Made by a program: the position numbers and the translations under genes | Assembly (NCBI GenBank): GCA_036867785.1 | Contig: CP145420.1 | Span: 1,116,001 to 1,180,000 of the forward strand | Origin: Plasmodiophora brassicae | Lineage: Eukaryota | Reading direction: 5' to 3' | DNA: 64,000 nt | Notes under the pieces: model-generated | Database searches by the model: none | What the model saw: only the letters and a program-made list of their open reading frames with translations | What the model was told of the DNA's origin: nothing | Part shown: piece by piece, positions 43,354-56,300 of the stretch | How the letters are laid out: every line of letters starts with the position of its first letter | Position numbering within the stretch: the first letter of the stretch is position 1

Positions 43354-44182
43354 CATACCAACATTACATGTGTTTACTTCTCTCGCCCTGCCAGGACCCA
43401 ATTATGTTCAACCAGTCTGCTTGTACTTCCTCCGTACCACTTCGTTTGCAAATTTGCATCCCAAAAAAAGCGGTTACGGCGCTGCCGCCACCCGTTTGTG
43501 CGCGATCTGGCGCGCATGCCAACAACCGCTACGCAAAGCGTTTGGTCTCTACTCTACTCCGGTCGACAATAACTGCAGGCAGTAATAATGATGAGAGTAT
43601 GCTTCAACCAGGTCTGTATTGTTCATAAGCTGAATTCCGAAAGTCAGCATTTGTCCTTCTCTGTGAGCGCCGCCTGATAAATATGTCAGTCAAGCTGATC
43701 AAGAACATTATGATGTCAATACAAATTCTTGGGTACCTGTTGCAGATGGGTGTCATGTTTTGTTTCAAGAACGAGTTCAAGATCGCACTCAAGTGCCAAT
43801 GGAAGCTCCCCGACGCGATTCAGATGGTCCTTATGCATATGTGGCAACGGATAGTCGTTACCGCCATTTGCCTGCATAATGGCGATCATACACTCTTGAT
43901 GAGTCAGGAAGACCTTATTCAAGGTATCAGACGACACCGCGTCGAATGATGCACGAACAGCATTGACAAGCTGATCCAGGTTAGTGGGAGCCTCGGTATA
44001 CTGCAGTGATTGGATAGACTTGAAGTAGTCTAGATCCAACACGTTCAGATCAGGGCTATTCGGTGGTTGCCTGCGGATCCGTATATCGAGGCCAGTCGCC
44101 CTAACGGCCTCGCGAAACTCCTCATCGCTGTTGTTAATGTGACAGGTCGCGCCGTCCGATTGCAACCATATTGTCTCCTGAG

Positions 44183-47100
44183 TGTCAGGCGTCGACATAG
44201 CAGGTCGGCGCCGGAATAAAGTCCGTGCGAGCGGGGACCGACGGCAGTCGGTCAACGCGTCGTCGAATAGTCGTCACAGTTTGACCGACCTTCACCATGG
44301 ACACTCGTGGAACCCAACGCAACCGCGATCACCAGGACCCCGACGAGGAGCCATTGAACACACACCCTTATCGGCGCTGACCAGCACGATCGCGGCGATC
44401 GTAGCAGAGGCGCTCCAGGCACAGCGCGCCGACATCGACGCCATGCTCCGGCAGCAGCGCGCTGAGATCTTGGCGCAGGTCGCCGCCAGCCCGTCCATCG
44501 TCCCCAAGACCGGAACCGTTGATCCTGATCGACCGCCGACTCCCTTGTCGACCATATCGTACTCGACACCAGTCCGGCTGCACACGTTCACGGGCGATGA
44601 CTCGGTCGATCCAATGTCTGCGACGACGTGGTTCGACGAGTTTTGCCGCTTCGCTGACGCGGATCCGACGTCAACGGCACCGCTGTCGAATGCGGCCAGG
44701 AGCCTGTTGGCGTCGAGCCTGGACGGCGTGGCGCTGAAGCTGTACGTGGCTATCAAGCCATCGTCCCCGCAGGCCCTCAAGACAATGCTCCTGGAGAACT
44801 TTCCGGAGATCACTGCCGCGCGCGCCAAGGCTGAATTCGACGCCCTGCGCCAGACGGGCCCGTTTGCCGGGCATCTCGTGGAGTTTCGTCGCCGCTACTT
44901 TGTCGCTGTCGCCCGCGACCCGGACTGCCGTCTAAGCGACTCCTCGCTGGCCGAGAAGCTGCGCACATCGCTGACCCCTGCGCTGGCCGAGGAGCTGTAC
45001 AAGTGGCAGCTGCGCAGCTTCTCCGCCATGGTGGATAAGGCGGTCCACTGGCGCCGCTGTTCCCGGTGCCGTCGACTGCGATTTTGAACGTGGCCACAAG
45101 CGCGCTGCAGCCGCTGACCGACGAGGAGCGGGACCGTTGTCGCCGCGAAGGCCGCTGTTTTCGCTGTCGCGAACCGGCACACATGGCGAACCAGTGCCCC
45201 CGGTTCCAGCCGGGAAATGTTCGCGGGTGATCCGAGCCGGGTTCGCGGATCGCCCACTACATGACGACATTCTTGAACCCGATTGCCTCTTTATCTCTTC
45301 TATTTATTCCAGCGTACGATTCGTCCCGTCTGTCACTGTCCCCATTCAGCTATTTATCGCATCACGTGTCATCTCGACTAAGGCCCTTATCGATTGTGGC
45401 GCTACGCCTTCGTTCGTCGACTGGTCCTTCGCTCGGTCGAACGACATTCCCTGCGTTGCGAAGCAGCAGGCGATTGCTGTCAAAGTGGTTGATGGCAGGG
45501 CCCTACCGCCGGTGTCGCAGGAGACGCTACCCATGGCTGTGAGGGTCGACGGTCAGTTCCAGGACAGCAACTTGATTTTGAATGTGATCCGCGCTCCCAA
45601 CCATCCCATCCTTCTCGGGATGCCGTGGCTCGAACGCCATAATCCGGTGATCGACTGGCGTCAGCGATCTGCTGCCCGCCGTGACTCGGCGACCCCAACA
45701 TCGACACCGGCTCCGCCACGTCGCTCACCTCTACAGTATCGACGCTAGACAAGGTCGACCCCATGATTCCGGTAGGCGAGAGCCGAGTCGCTGAGGGAGC
45801 TTCTCGCCCGTCGGATCCTCCTGCGTTCACCTTGGACCAGCGCTCCGATGCCTGCTCTCCGCGTCAACAGCGAACTGATGGCGGTCCCGTCTTGTCGGCC
45901 GTGACCCACACCCCAGCCTCTGTGGCGGCTGAATCGTGGGTCACATCTGGCCTTCGATTATGTTTTGTGGGCCTGTGGCTGGTTTGCATAGCGCTACTGC
46001 CTCTCCTTGTCTGTCTCTGCTCCGGCGCCCTTGTCGCCTGGATCTTTCGGCTCGCGCTACTGGGATGCGGTTTCGGCGCTTGTTTCGCCTGGAGTTCCTT
46101 GTCCGCACCCCTGAACGGTTGCCGACCCACCGTCCGCGATGGGCCTGTCAACCCAGCCGCGACCGAGGGCCCCGCGTCTGCAAACGTGGCCACGTCGTCG
46201 ACTTCTGCCGCGAGTCTATCTCCAGTTCGATCCGGTCATTCGTGCGATCGCCGGCCAGCCGAATGGCGTGGTGGGTGCCGCCGCCCACCCCTTAGCCGGC
46301 GCAGCATGGCAACCGTTACCACCGAGGCCGCAACCCCGACTACATCTCCCGATGCGTTATGGGTTCGGCGCGGTGTCGTCTTATGGGGTCTGCTTCGCGA
46401 TGCTCGCCAGCAACTTTCCGAACGGCAAGCGGCTACTCAGATCCTCGCCTCGGCAGCCCTCCTGCGCGCATGGGAAACCAGGCGAGACGCTGCCTTTGAG
46501 GCCTGGCTGGACACTTCACCTTGTGACCGGACACCTTGGCCGCCTTTCGACGAACCTGCGTCCGCGACCGGGGTGGATTCCGACGCCCACGACGACGAAG
46601 TCGTTGGTGCTGCAGCCGTGCCGCAAGACCCCGCATGCATCGACGTTTGCGCGCTCGATATCGATGCATTCCTGGATGCGGCTGCGGAGGACGGTTCGGC
46701 GTGTTACGCGGTCCACACGATGTGGACACCGCTCGAAGAACCAGACGACTCGCCCCATCTTCCAGACAAGTACGCTGAGTTTACGGATGTCTTCGACGAA
46801 ACCGGGGCCACGTCCTTACCTGCTCATCGCCCATACGACTGTTGTATCGACCTGAAACCGGACATGGAATCCCCGTTTGGTCGCTTGTACGGGCTATCTC
46901 CGAGGGAAAAAGTTGCATTCAAACAGTACCTGAAGGCAAACTTGGAATCGGGGTTCATTCGTCCATCGAAGTCGTCAGCGGGGGCACCGATCCTCTTCGC
47001 AAAAAAGAAGGATGGCTCTCTCCGCCTCTGTGTCGACTATCGGGGCCTGAATGCGGCTACCGTGAAGAACCGCTACCCGATACCTCTCATCGACCAGATC

Positions 47101-49849
47101 CTGGCGCAACTGAGCGCGGCGCGCGTGTTCACGAAGATTGACCTTCGTGGCGCTTACAACCAGATCCGTATCCGTGACGGTGACGAATGGAAAACCGCGT
47201 TCCGCACGCCATACGGCCTGTTCGAGTACCTGGTGATGCCTTTCGGGCTGTCCAACGGCCCGGCAGCATTTCAAGGCTTTATGAACGATCTATTCCGGGA
47301 TTATGTTGACGTATTCGTTGTCGTCTATCTCGACGACATCCTCGTGTTCTCTCGCGACGCACAGGAGCACGAACGGCACGTTAAACTCGTCCTCGACCGC
47401 CTACGACAGGCCAATCTGAGCGCGAAGCTTTCGAAGTGCTCCTTCGACGCTCGGGAAGTCGAGTTCCTGGGCTACGTCATCTCCGCTGCAGGAGTTCGCC
47501 TCGATCAGTCCCGTGTGGATACCATATTGGCGTGGGAACCACCCAAGGACGCGAACGGCGTCCGCGTCTTCCTGGGCTTCGCGAATTTCTACCGCAAATT
47601 CATTCCTCACTTCGGCGAGATTGCTCTACCGTTAACCAATCTTACTCGTGAAGACGTCGCCTTCCGCTGGACTGATCGGGAACAGGACGCCTTCCGCTCC
47701 TTACAAGCCGCCTTTACGTCGGCCCCAGTCCTGGCCCACTTTCACCCCGATCGGCCCTGCGAGGTGGAGACCGACGCGTCGGACTTCGCTATTGCTATGG
47801 TCCTCTCCCAGCGGGACGCGGACGATGAGCTGCGACCACTCGCGTTCTACTCTCGTAAGTTGACGAAGGAGGAGCTCAACTACAAGATTCACGATAAGGA
47901 GATGTTAGCGATTGTTCAGTCGTTTGAGAAGTGGCGCCAGTTCCTCGATTCCGCGCAGCACCAGACCCTGGTCCACAGTGATCACCGGAACCTGGATTAC
48001 TTCCTCAGCACGCAGAAACTCTCCCGGCGGCAAGCGCGGTGGTCCGAGCTGTTGGGCGAATTCGATTTTCGTATCCAACACCGCCCTGGACGACTTCACG
48101 GAAAGGCGGACGCCCTGTCCCGTCGACCAGAGTACCAGCCCTCGCGCGAGGAAGAAGAGATGGTCCAACGCTCCCTCCGCATGCTGTCTCCGGACCATTT
48201 TCTTCCCGGCCCGCTCGGGCATACCATCAGCGCCTTGCAGCCGGAGAACAGCTCGGTACCCTTGATTGAGCGCATTCGGCGGCAGCAGGCGACGGATGCC
48301 TATGTCGCGAAGATGAAGGCACTCGTCGACACTCCGAAAGGACGCCGCTTCCGATTAATCGACGGCCTGCTCTACAGGGATCACCGTCTCATCGTTGTCG
48401 GGGACGATTGCAAGCTCGAGATCCTTCAGATCTTGCATGACTCGCCCGCCGCTGGTCATCTCGGTTTGTGGAAGACTTTGCGCTTAGTCCAACGCGAGTT
48501 CTGGTGGTGCCAGCTCCGGTCGTATGTCAAGGACTACGTCGCGTCCTGTGACACCTGCCGGCGATGTAAGATACCACGTCACAAGCCCGCTGGCCTTCTT
48601 ACACCGTTACCACTTCCGACAGCGCTCTGGTCGTCCATTTCGATGGACTTCATCGTCAAACTTCCACGATCCATCGGGTTCGATTCAATACTGGTGGTTG
48701 TTGATCGTTTCTCTAAGATGGCGCACTTCATCCCATGTAACGAGACGACGACGGCGGCCCAGCTGGCGGACCTGTTCCTCTGCAACATCTTCCGTTTGCA
48801 CGGGCTGCCGACCGACATCGTCTCCGACAGGGGACCCCAGTTCATATCGAAGGTTTGGAAGCAACTGCTGAACCGGCTCGGTGTCCAGCGGAATCTGTCT
48901 TCGGCGCGTCACCCAGAATCGGATGGCCAAACGGAGCGGGTCAACCAGACCTCGAGCAGTACCTACGAACGTACGTAAATTTCCAGCAGGATGATTGGGC
49001 CTCTTGGTTGCCCATCGCCGAATTCGCGTACAATGACGCCTGTCACTCATCGACGGGGATGTCCCCGTTCTTCGCCAATTACAGGTATCACCCGGCGTTC
49101 CACGATCTACGATCGCGAACCTCCTCATCTTCGAATCCGTCAGCGGATGAGCGCGCGGAGTTCCTGCACACGCTACGCACAGTGCTGAAGCAGAACCTGT
49201 CCAACGCGATCCACGCGATGAAGCGCTTCGCCGATGCTCTTCGCAGCCCGCACCCGTCCTACAAGCCCGGCGATCTGGTAATGCTACGGAAGGGGGCCTT
49301 ACGAACGGGCCGACCTTGTGACAAACTCGACGTCCGTATGTTAGGCCCATATCCCGTAGCGAAAGTCATCAACGCCGTTGCGTACGAGCTCGAGTTGCCG
49401 CCGACCTGTCGGATCCACAATGTGTTCCATGCGTCCCTTCTGGAACCGTACGTCGCCAGCGTCATACCCGGCCGCCACCAGCCGCCACCAGATCCTATCG
49501 TGGTCGATGGGGAGGCGGAACCCCTCTACCTAGTCAACAACATCCTGGACTCAAGGTACCGACGGGGGCGTCTTCAGTATTTGATCGATTGGGAGGGCTA
49601 CCCGCCGTCCGAGAGGACATGGGAACCGGCCGGAACGCTTTGTGGCACGGGAGGGATGGATCAAGCAATAGCAGAGTTCCACACTCTCCACCCGGCGAAA
49701 CCTGGACCCGCACAACGGCGCCGGAAAACGTCCCGTTAACAGGACAGTCGTAGTGTCAGGCGTCGACATAGCAGGTCGGCGCCGGAATAAAGTCCGTGCG
49801 AGCGGGGACCGACGGCAGTGGGTCAACGCGTCGTCGTATAGTCGTGACA
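44183..49849 (+). mobile_element. Gypsy C: Ty3/Tf2-like chromovirus, frameshifted
   Basis: 96-bp LTRs at 44183-44278 and 49754-49849 (3 mismatches), TSD CTGAG. CFRCREPAHMANQC, LIDCGA, YLDD, ETDAS, SDRGPQF, QYLIDWEGY. Confidence 0.95.
45212..45281 (+). promoter_or_regulatory. -1 ribosomal frameshift signal (G GGA AAT plus predicted pseudoknot)
   Basis: Heptamer in the gag frame, 6-nt spacer, stem 45225-45234/45246-45255. Loop cgggttc is complementary to gaacccg at 45275-45281. Confidence 0.75.
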
Positions 49850-49929
49850 CTGAGCATGAGCTTTCGGCCATTTCGACGCAATGGCAGGTAGAAGTTCGTC
49901 GACAACTTTACGCCGAAAGACATCTTTGG

Positions 49930-50251
49930 TGTAGACCGGACCGCCCACTAGGCCACGAGAGCAGCTGCTCTCGTGGCCTAGTGGGCGGTCCGGTCTACAA
50001 AACATCTCACCGACGGGAGTTCGAGCCTCCTCGAAGTCCGCCGTGGACGGAGAGTTTTGGGGAGGATGGTAGATAGTACGGACGCGCCAGGCACGAGAGC
50101 AGGTCTGCGAGTCGTCTACACGGGTAGGCGGCGGACATCGCTCGATCGTCGGGGGGCTCGAGCTTCCCCGGTGAGATGTTTTGTAGACCGGACCGCCCAC
50201 TAGGCCACGAGAGCAGCTGCTCTCGTGGCCTAGTGGGCGGTCCGGTCTACA
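49930..50251. mobile_element. 322-bp non-coding element with perfect 70-bp palindromes at both ends, TSD TTGG
   Basis: Palindromes at 49930-49999 and 50182-50251. Excision restores the mariner frame (SITKDVF). Confidence 0.92.
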
Positions 50252-52199
50252 TTGGTTATGGACTTAACGCACTTCGTTTCAACAGTACCAGATGGCCGGT
50301 TCTTGCTGCTTCGGCGCGCGGTTTGCTGCTCAACGAAAGGGAAGCATCCGATCTTCCCGTCAAACCAAGTGCCGTTAACATAATCCAGACGGGGACGAGC
50401 AACCGCCACTAGGAACATCGCATGCGTGAGATAGTTAATGTTGGTCGAAGTTCGACATGGATCATCCTCCCCCGGGGCCATGTAGTAGCTCGAACTCGTC
50501 TCCGTCATATTGAACTGCTTTTCGTCGGCGTGGATGAGATTGGACATGTCACAGAAGTGTGGTGTTCCGAGCAACGTGCTGGTTGCATCGACGAAACGTA
50601 CGCAATAGAGCTGCCGCAGCAGTTTGTGAAACGGCGTCAGATGCGGTTTGAGCCGAACGCTGTGATGCACGATGCACCCTTCTTTAACGCGGCGGCTGAC
50701 AGTGGAGACGGGCATGGCGAGTGCGCCGGCAAGCGCTCTTATACTCTTTCGACGACTGTGCGGGATTGCCATCAGCACACCAGGATTGACCAGATTTTTG
50801 GCTCGTCCAGCATGGCCACGCTTCCTCGACTTTACGTTGGCCATTCGCGCGCCGGTATCGAGAGACTCCACCGCTCGAGCCCAGATACGACTCACCGTCG
50901 CGACTGAGACTTCGAAAACCCGGACTGCCTCGCTCATGCGGCCGTGGTCTAGCCGCCACTCTCCGTCGCAGTACTGTAAGAGATATTCGTACACCTCCTG
51001 TCTCTGGTCGTTGGTCAGATTGGGTCTGCGGTTGGTCCCCTGGACACGACGTTCAGGTGCTGGAGCTTCGGGGAACGACATGCAGCCTCCACGCAGTTCG
51101 AAGCGCCCGCCAAAAAAAAATCAAATTTGCAAAAGAAGTGGTACGGAGGAAGTAGATCGTAGTGACTGAAACAGGACCGGATGGCCTTCATTCTCGTAAG
51201 TTGCGCAGCCAGACATTCTTTCGGGAACTGGTTGGCCAAGGCTTTGACGTTGACGTGTGGCCGCTCATTTTCACGGGAGGATGCGGGGATGACCGTTATT
51301 ACGCTGATGACTGCTTTGCAGTAGATGGATAATTGAAGGGGTTAGTGGAACGAGCGGTCGTGTAATATCTGGAATGTTCAGTGGAGAATACCGTATAGAC
51401 GTGCAAGCCTCATGCTAGGTGGCAGTCCTATTGTATATAATGATGGGCCGTGAGTGAGTAGGAATACCATTCCACATGTATCTACTTTAGCGGGACCAGG
51501 GTATGACCGAACCGTCAGAATTCGTCGACCGTAAAAGTCACCGCCAAATCGGACATTTGCGTAGACAAAAGCTGGCACCAAAGTGCGCAGAGTGTCCACG
51601 TAGTGTCCGCCGTGAAATGTACGGACACTTGCCAAGTGTACGTGGGACACTATCTTTGGCGATGAAGTACTCGGCCTGTATTGCGAGTCTTGTGAAGAAC
51701 ACAAAATCATCTTCTTATGCACGTCTAGATTTACATTATGACCTGCCGATGATAAAAATTCAATAAGACAAGGGTGAGAAAAACGCTGACAAACAACCCG
51801 GCGCATCGCGAGTGTACCGAAGTGTACAGCCGCAGCACTTGATATAAAAATTGATATTACTGTTTGTCAAGTATCCCAATTAAAAGAGGAGAGCTCTACA
51901 TTATGGTATTCTGTTCAAGCATAGTCGACTTCTCAGTCAGCCAGTTTACTCTAGTGAACTCGAGGGAGTGCAGTGACACGTGATTCTGTAGTGTCCGCCG
52001 TGAAATGTCCGCGAGTGTCCATGTAACTACAGAGACACTTGCGCCCCGTCGAAGTCCGGACTGGCCAAATGGATCCTGGGCGTACTTGTGACTGGTCAGC
52101 AATCAGTCAATCACTCCAACCTCAACAGGCTGCGTTGGATGATGGGCTTTGCAGCAGAGAACCAGTTCCGGCGTAGTTATGTTTCAGAATACTCTCTTT

Positions 52200-53390
52200 C
52201 AGTACAACCTGGACAATGCTATCAACAACGAATGCCATAATTCTTATGCACACGTATTTATTACAGATATCTTCTGTACGCGATGCGCGCGTTTCCACAT
52301 CACATGCAAAAAATCGTGCATTCCCGCATCCTCCGGCGAGAACGCTGATCGTAATCGAACACTTGAGGGACGCGGCCTTCTCGTTCATCCTCGACAATCA
52401 TGTTGTGTAGGATTATGCAGGAGGTTATGATACTGGACAACTTGGCGCGAACCATTGCCTGGCTGGGTTTCGTAGAATCTCGAATCGGCTCTGGATTACT
52501 TCGAACGCTCGTTGAACGTCTTTGCGGGCACCTTCTTGGCGTTTCGCGAATCGCTTCTGCTTGGCATTCTGCGGTTCAGCAATAGTCGGTATGAAGATGG
52601 ACCACTTGGGGTAGATCCCATCCGTAAGGAAGTACGGTTGAGAGTAGTGGTTACCAGCGACAGTGTACGGCACTTGAGGCAAGTCGTCGTTAATGATAGC
52701 GTGCATTAGTGGAGATCGCTGTAAGACGTTGACGTCGTTCATTGAGCCAGGCATGCCAAAGAAAGCATGCCATATCCATAGATCACGCGACGCAACGGCT
52801 TCAAGGATAATCGAAGTTCCCTTAACCCCTTTGTAGGCGGCTTGCCAGGCTTTAGGACACTTATCCCATTCTCAGTGGTAGCAATCGAGGGACCCTATCA
52901 TACCTGGGAAGCCTCGGCGACAGTTTTCTTTCATCAGCCTCTGGACGTCTTCTTGTGTCGGCGTCCGCAGGTATTTTCCTCCATACTTGGCGATAACAGC
53001 GGAACAGAAGTGCTCCAGGCATTCGTTAGCAGACGATTCGCCTATACGCACGTACTCGTCGACATAGTCGGCAGTCACCCCGTAGCTGAGGATTCGGATG
53101 GCCGCCACCACCTTCTGCAAAGGGCTCAACCCTGGATTGCCCAAGGCGTCAACCTTCTGCTGAAAATAGTCGTCTTGCTCCAGAACGCCAGCGACGATCT
53201 TCAGGAACAGTCGCCGCCTCATCCTGAAGCGACGTCGAAACAAGCGGTCGTTATAAACGGGTTTTTTGCAGAAGTAGTCCTTGTAAATCCTAGCATGACC
53301 ATCAACAGGGTCACGTTCCCTGACAGACATCGTGTGAGTAACATGTCCGATCCGGTATCTGATTCTTGACCTATGCATACAGATTGGGAG
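52200..53390 (-). pseudogene. PIF/Harbinger (Plant_tran) DDE transposase, disrupted
   Basis: FRRRFRMRR, GFPGMIGSLDCYH*, ILEAVAS..LWIWHAFFGMPGSMNDVNVL, LTDGIYP, RKDVQRAF, CIILHNMIVEDE. Contains an internal stop and frameshifts. Ends are approximate. Confidence 0.88.
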
Positions 53391-56300
53391 ACCGTCCAGG
53401 CCTCGAGCCGCCAAACTTTCTTGCAGGCTCGCAGGACGATAGGAAGGAGAGCATTGTATGCGCTGCTCCCAGATCATCCTCGACCCAACTTTGTTGACGG
53501 AATCGTTTCAGCCATCGAGATCTTCCACGACCAGTCCCCATTGCAGAGATGATGTGGGGCCCGCCACCACCAACCATTGTAGAGCGGGGCTCTATATTTA
53601 GCGTCTCGTGCCCGACCTCAAGATGCTGCTGTCCTGAGGAGGGGGTCCTGCTGTCCTGAGGAAAGGGGGCCTGCACGGATTTAGCTCCACTGTGATGGCA
53701 GGGCCGACGCCGTGGATGGGATGGATGATAAAGCTCATTGGGATATTGGCTCGAGACTGACTACAGTGCGCACTCTGTCTGATCCCACACGTCTGACTTC
53801 GTCCCGCACCACGTCGAGACGCTGCGCCATGGCATCGGAGAAGACGTCCAGCACGGACGAGCATATTGGTGTCAAGGACGCGGATGTCAGCATCCTGCCA
53901 CGGGTCGCGAAGTTGGACTCCACATCCATCTTGAAGTTGAAAGAGCAGTACGATCGATGTTGTGCAGTGGTGATCGACCGTGAGGGCAACCGTCCGGAAG
54001 CCGCGAGGATCAAGCCTCAAGCGATACGATTCTGCTTTACCACGCCGCAGCTGACCTGCATCGCGTTGAATCACCTGTTCCTGACCAATGTCGACCTGCT
54101 GACAGAGGACGACCTGGAAGGATGGATCGAAGCGCAGATCAAAAAAGCTTCCAGCGAGTCATGGCCTGACGACCCAAGACATTGAGGCCAAAATCGCGAG
54201 TGAGCTGTCGATGGACACCAGCCTCCCGACTCTGAGGGATCAAGTTCAGTCGATCCTGGACCGCATGACTGAAATCCAGTGGAGACGAGGCTGGCAGCAC
54301 ATGCGCGAAACAGTCGGTGGGCGTAGAGCCCTTGGCCGTTTGCTGGTTGATACGCTTCAACCATGGAGGCTACGTGACTTCACAAGGCACTGGGTCAAGG
54401 AGGACAAGTCCAAGCGCGGGGGACCTGAAGGCGATTATGAAGCAAGTGCAGGAGTGGATCGCGCACAAGGTCGCTGTCAACGGTTCCGCCCAGATTGGTG
54501 GCGTATCCAAGAAGACCTGCGCCGAGCTTCGTCTGAACGACCGCAGCCACAAGTATCAGGTGGCGATCACGTCGGGGGGACGACGCGTTCGGGAACATCG
54601 TCCTCCTCCTCTGAATCGGCCGACCCGTCGCGTGAGCAGCAGACACCTGCTACGAAGGTCAAGTCGCCTGGAGAACCAACGGTACAGTTCATACCCCCTA
54701 GCGTGTCGACGGCCGAGAATGAGACAGCGTCGAGCACGAAGTGGACACGCGACACTGCAGCTGAACGTAAAGGCGCCAAGATCACGTGTTGGAACTGTGC
54801 GGGGCCGCACAGTTTAAAGGAGTGTCCGACGAAGCCGTCCAAGGAGAAGTGCTATGAGCTTGTTCGCGCCAACCATCGCCCGATAAAGATCCAGAAGACT
54901 AACGGGTACGCTGAGACTGTCGATGATCTACAACGCGTAGTGCTGGAAGGCATACGTGTTCCGTACGAGTTGGATTCCGGCTGCCGCGGAGGCAACATCA
55001 TGCCTGGCCATATCGCTGTCCAGTTGAAAGAGGCCACGTTCCGTGACGTTCAGCAACGAGACGTCACCTCAGCAGAAGGCAAAGTTATCGGAACCATAAC
55101 GCGCACGGTGCAAGTTCCAATCACGATCCTGGAGACCGAAGTTGGCAATTTGACGCTGTATCATGTGACCTACTACGTTTGCGACGAGATTCCTGTGATC
55201 CTGTTCGGTGACAATCTGCTAACGACTCTCGGCATCAATCCGCGTCAGCAACTCGAGAACATCATCGCGTCAGGATGCACCAAGATGGATACGCTCTCAG
55301 GATGTGCCGCAGTCGATGTCGATTGTATCGAGACCGTGAGGCGAATTGCCGCGAGAATGGCAACGTTGCGAGGAGATCACTACCCAGTACCAGAGTCGGA
55401 CTCTATGGAACCATCGTCAAGTGAAGTTGACTTGGGACCGATAAATGCTCACGAGATCGAAGCTTCTTGTAACCGGATGGTACACCAAGCACGTCTCAAT
55501 GGCATGTCTCGTCAAGGAGTTGCTAAGCTACGATTGATCTTGCGACGACATCTGAACGAATTCCGCACGCGTCTGGGTCAAGACAAGCCTGTCGATGTCG
55601 AACCGATGGTAACACAACTCAATCAGGACGCTACTCCGTACCGGTGCAAGCCTCGGTTCTACAATCCTAAGCAGAAGGAGTTCCTAGACGACATGATCAG
55701 TATGCTGAAGGAGAACGGTCTTGTCTACATGAACATGAACTCGCGATGGGCAAGTCCAGTCCTAGTCGTCAAGAAACCGAAAGGCGATGGCTATCGTCTA
55801 TGTGTCGATCTTCGCCAAGTGAACGCACGGTGTGTTCCCACAGCATGGCCGATGCCGAATGTTGAGGCTGTTACGCGCAAGCTCTCCGGCATGACTTGTT
55901 TCTTCACGATTGATGCTTTCAAGGGCTTCTGGTTGATGCCTTTGGCTAAGGAGTGTCAGGAAATCTTCAGCTTCATGACGGACGACGCTGTATTCACGCC
56001 TACGAGGAGCATTCAAGGGGGAATGAATTCGGCGGTTCAGTTCCACGCCCGAATGGCTGCTATCTTCGACGACATGAAGGAGAATTTGCTCATCTGGATT
56101 GACGAGATACTCGGATTCGCGAGGTCGGAGGAAGACCTTCTTCATCAACTGACACGAGTGTTGGAGCGGTGTCGCGAGCGCAACCTGAAGCTGAACCCGA
56201 ACAAGTGCACGTTGTTCGCTCGCGAGTTGAAGTGGTGCGGCAGGATATACTCGCGAGAAGGAGTTCGGCATGATCCAGAACGCATCGAGGCGCTGACCAG

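Larger units (their letters stand above)
43716..51081 (-). pseudogene. DD39D transposase split into three pieces (51081-50252, 49925-49850, 44177-43716)
   Basis: HADEKQF, FDGKIG, QSDGA-39aa-D (SPDLNVLD). The pieces rejoin in frame to 455 aa. Confidence 0.92.
43426..51152 (-). mobile_element. Tc1/mariner DD39D (plant-mariner/Stowaway-type) transposon with two nested insertions
   Basis: 31-bp TIRs cttcctccgtaccacttc(g/t)tttgcaaatttg with TA on both sides. Confidence 0.93.
42426..53577. mobile_element. PIF/Harbinger (Pong-like) element; right end not seen
   Basis: TAA followed by Tourist-type TIR gggcatctccaa at 42426. A Myb-like ORF and a convergent DDE transposase are separated by the mariner insertion. 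Confidence 0.7.

Noticed and set aside
49930-49999. Endogenous parvovirus/AAV ITR
   Set aside because: The resemblance is architectural only. There is no Rep or capsid ORF, and TG..CA ends with 4-bp TSDs point to a DDE integrase.
51155-52150. Direct repeat tagtgtccgccgtgaaatgt (~51601 and ~51989) as a separate element
   Set aside because: No termini, TSD or coding motif found.
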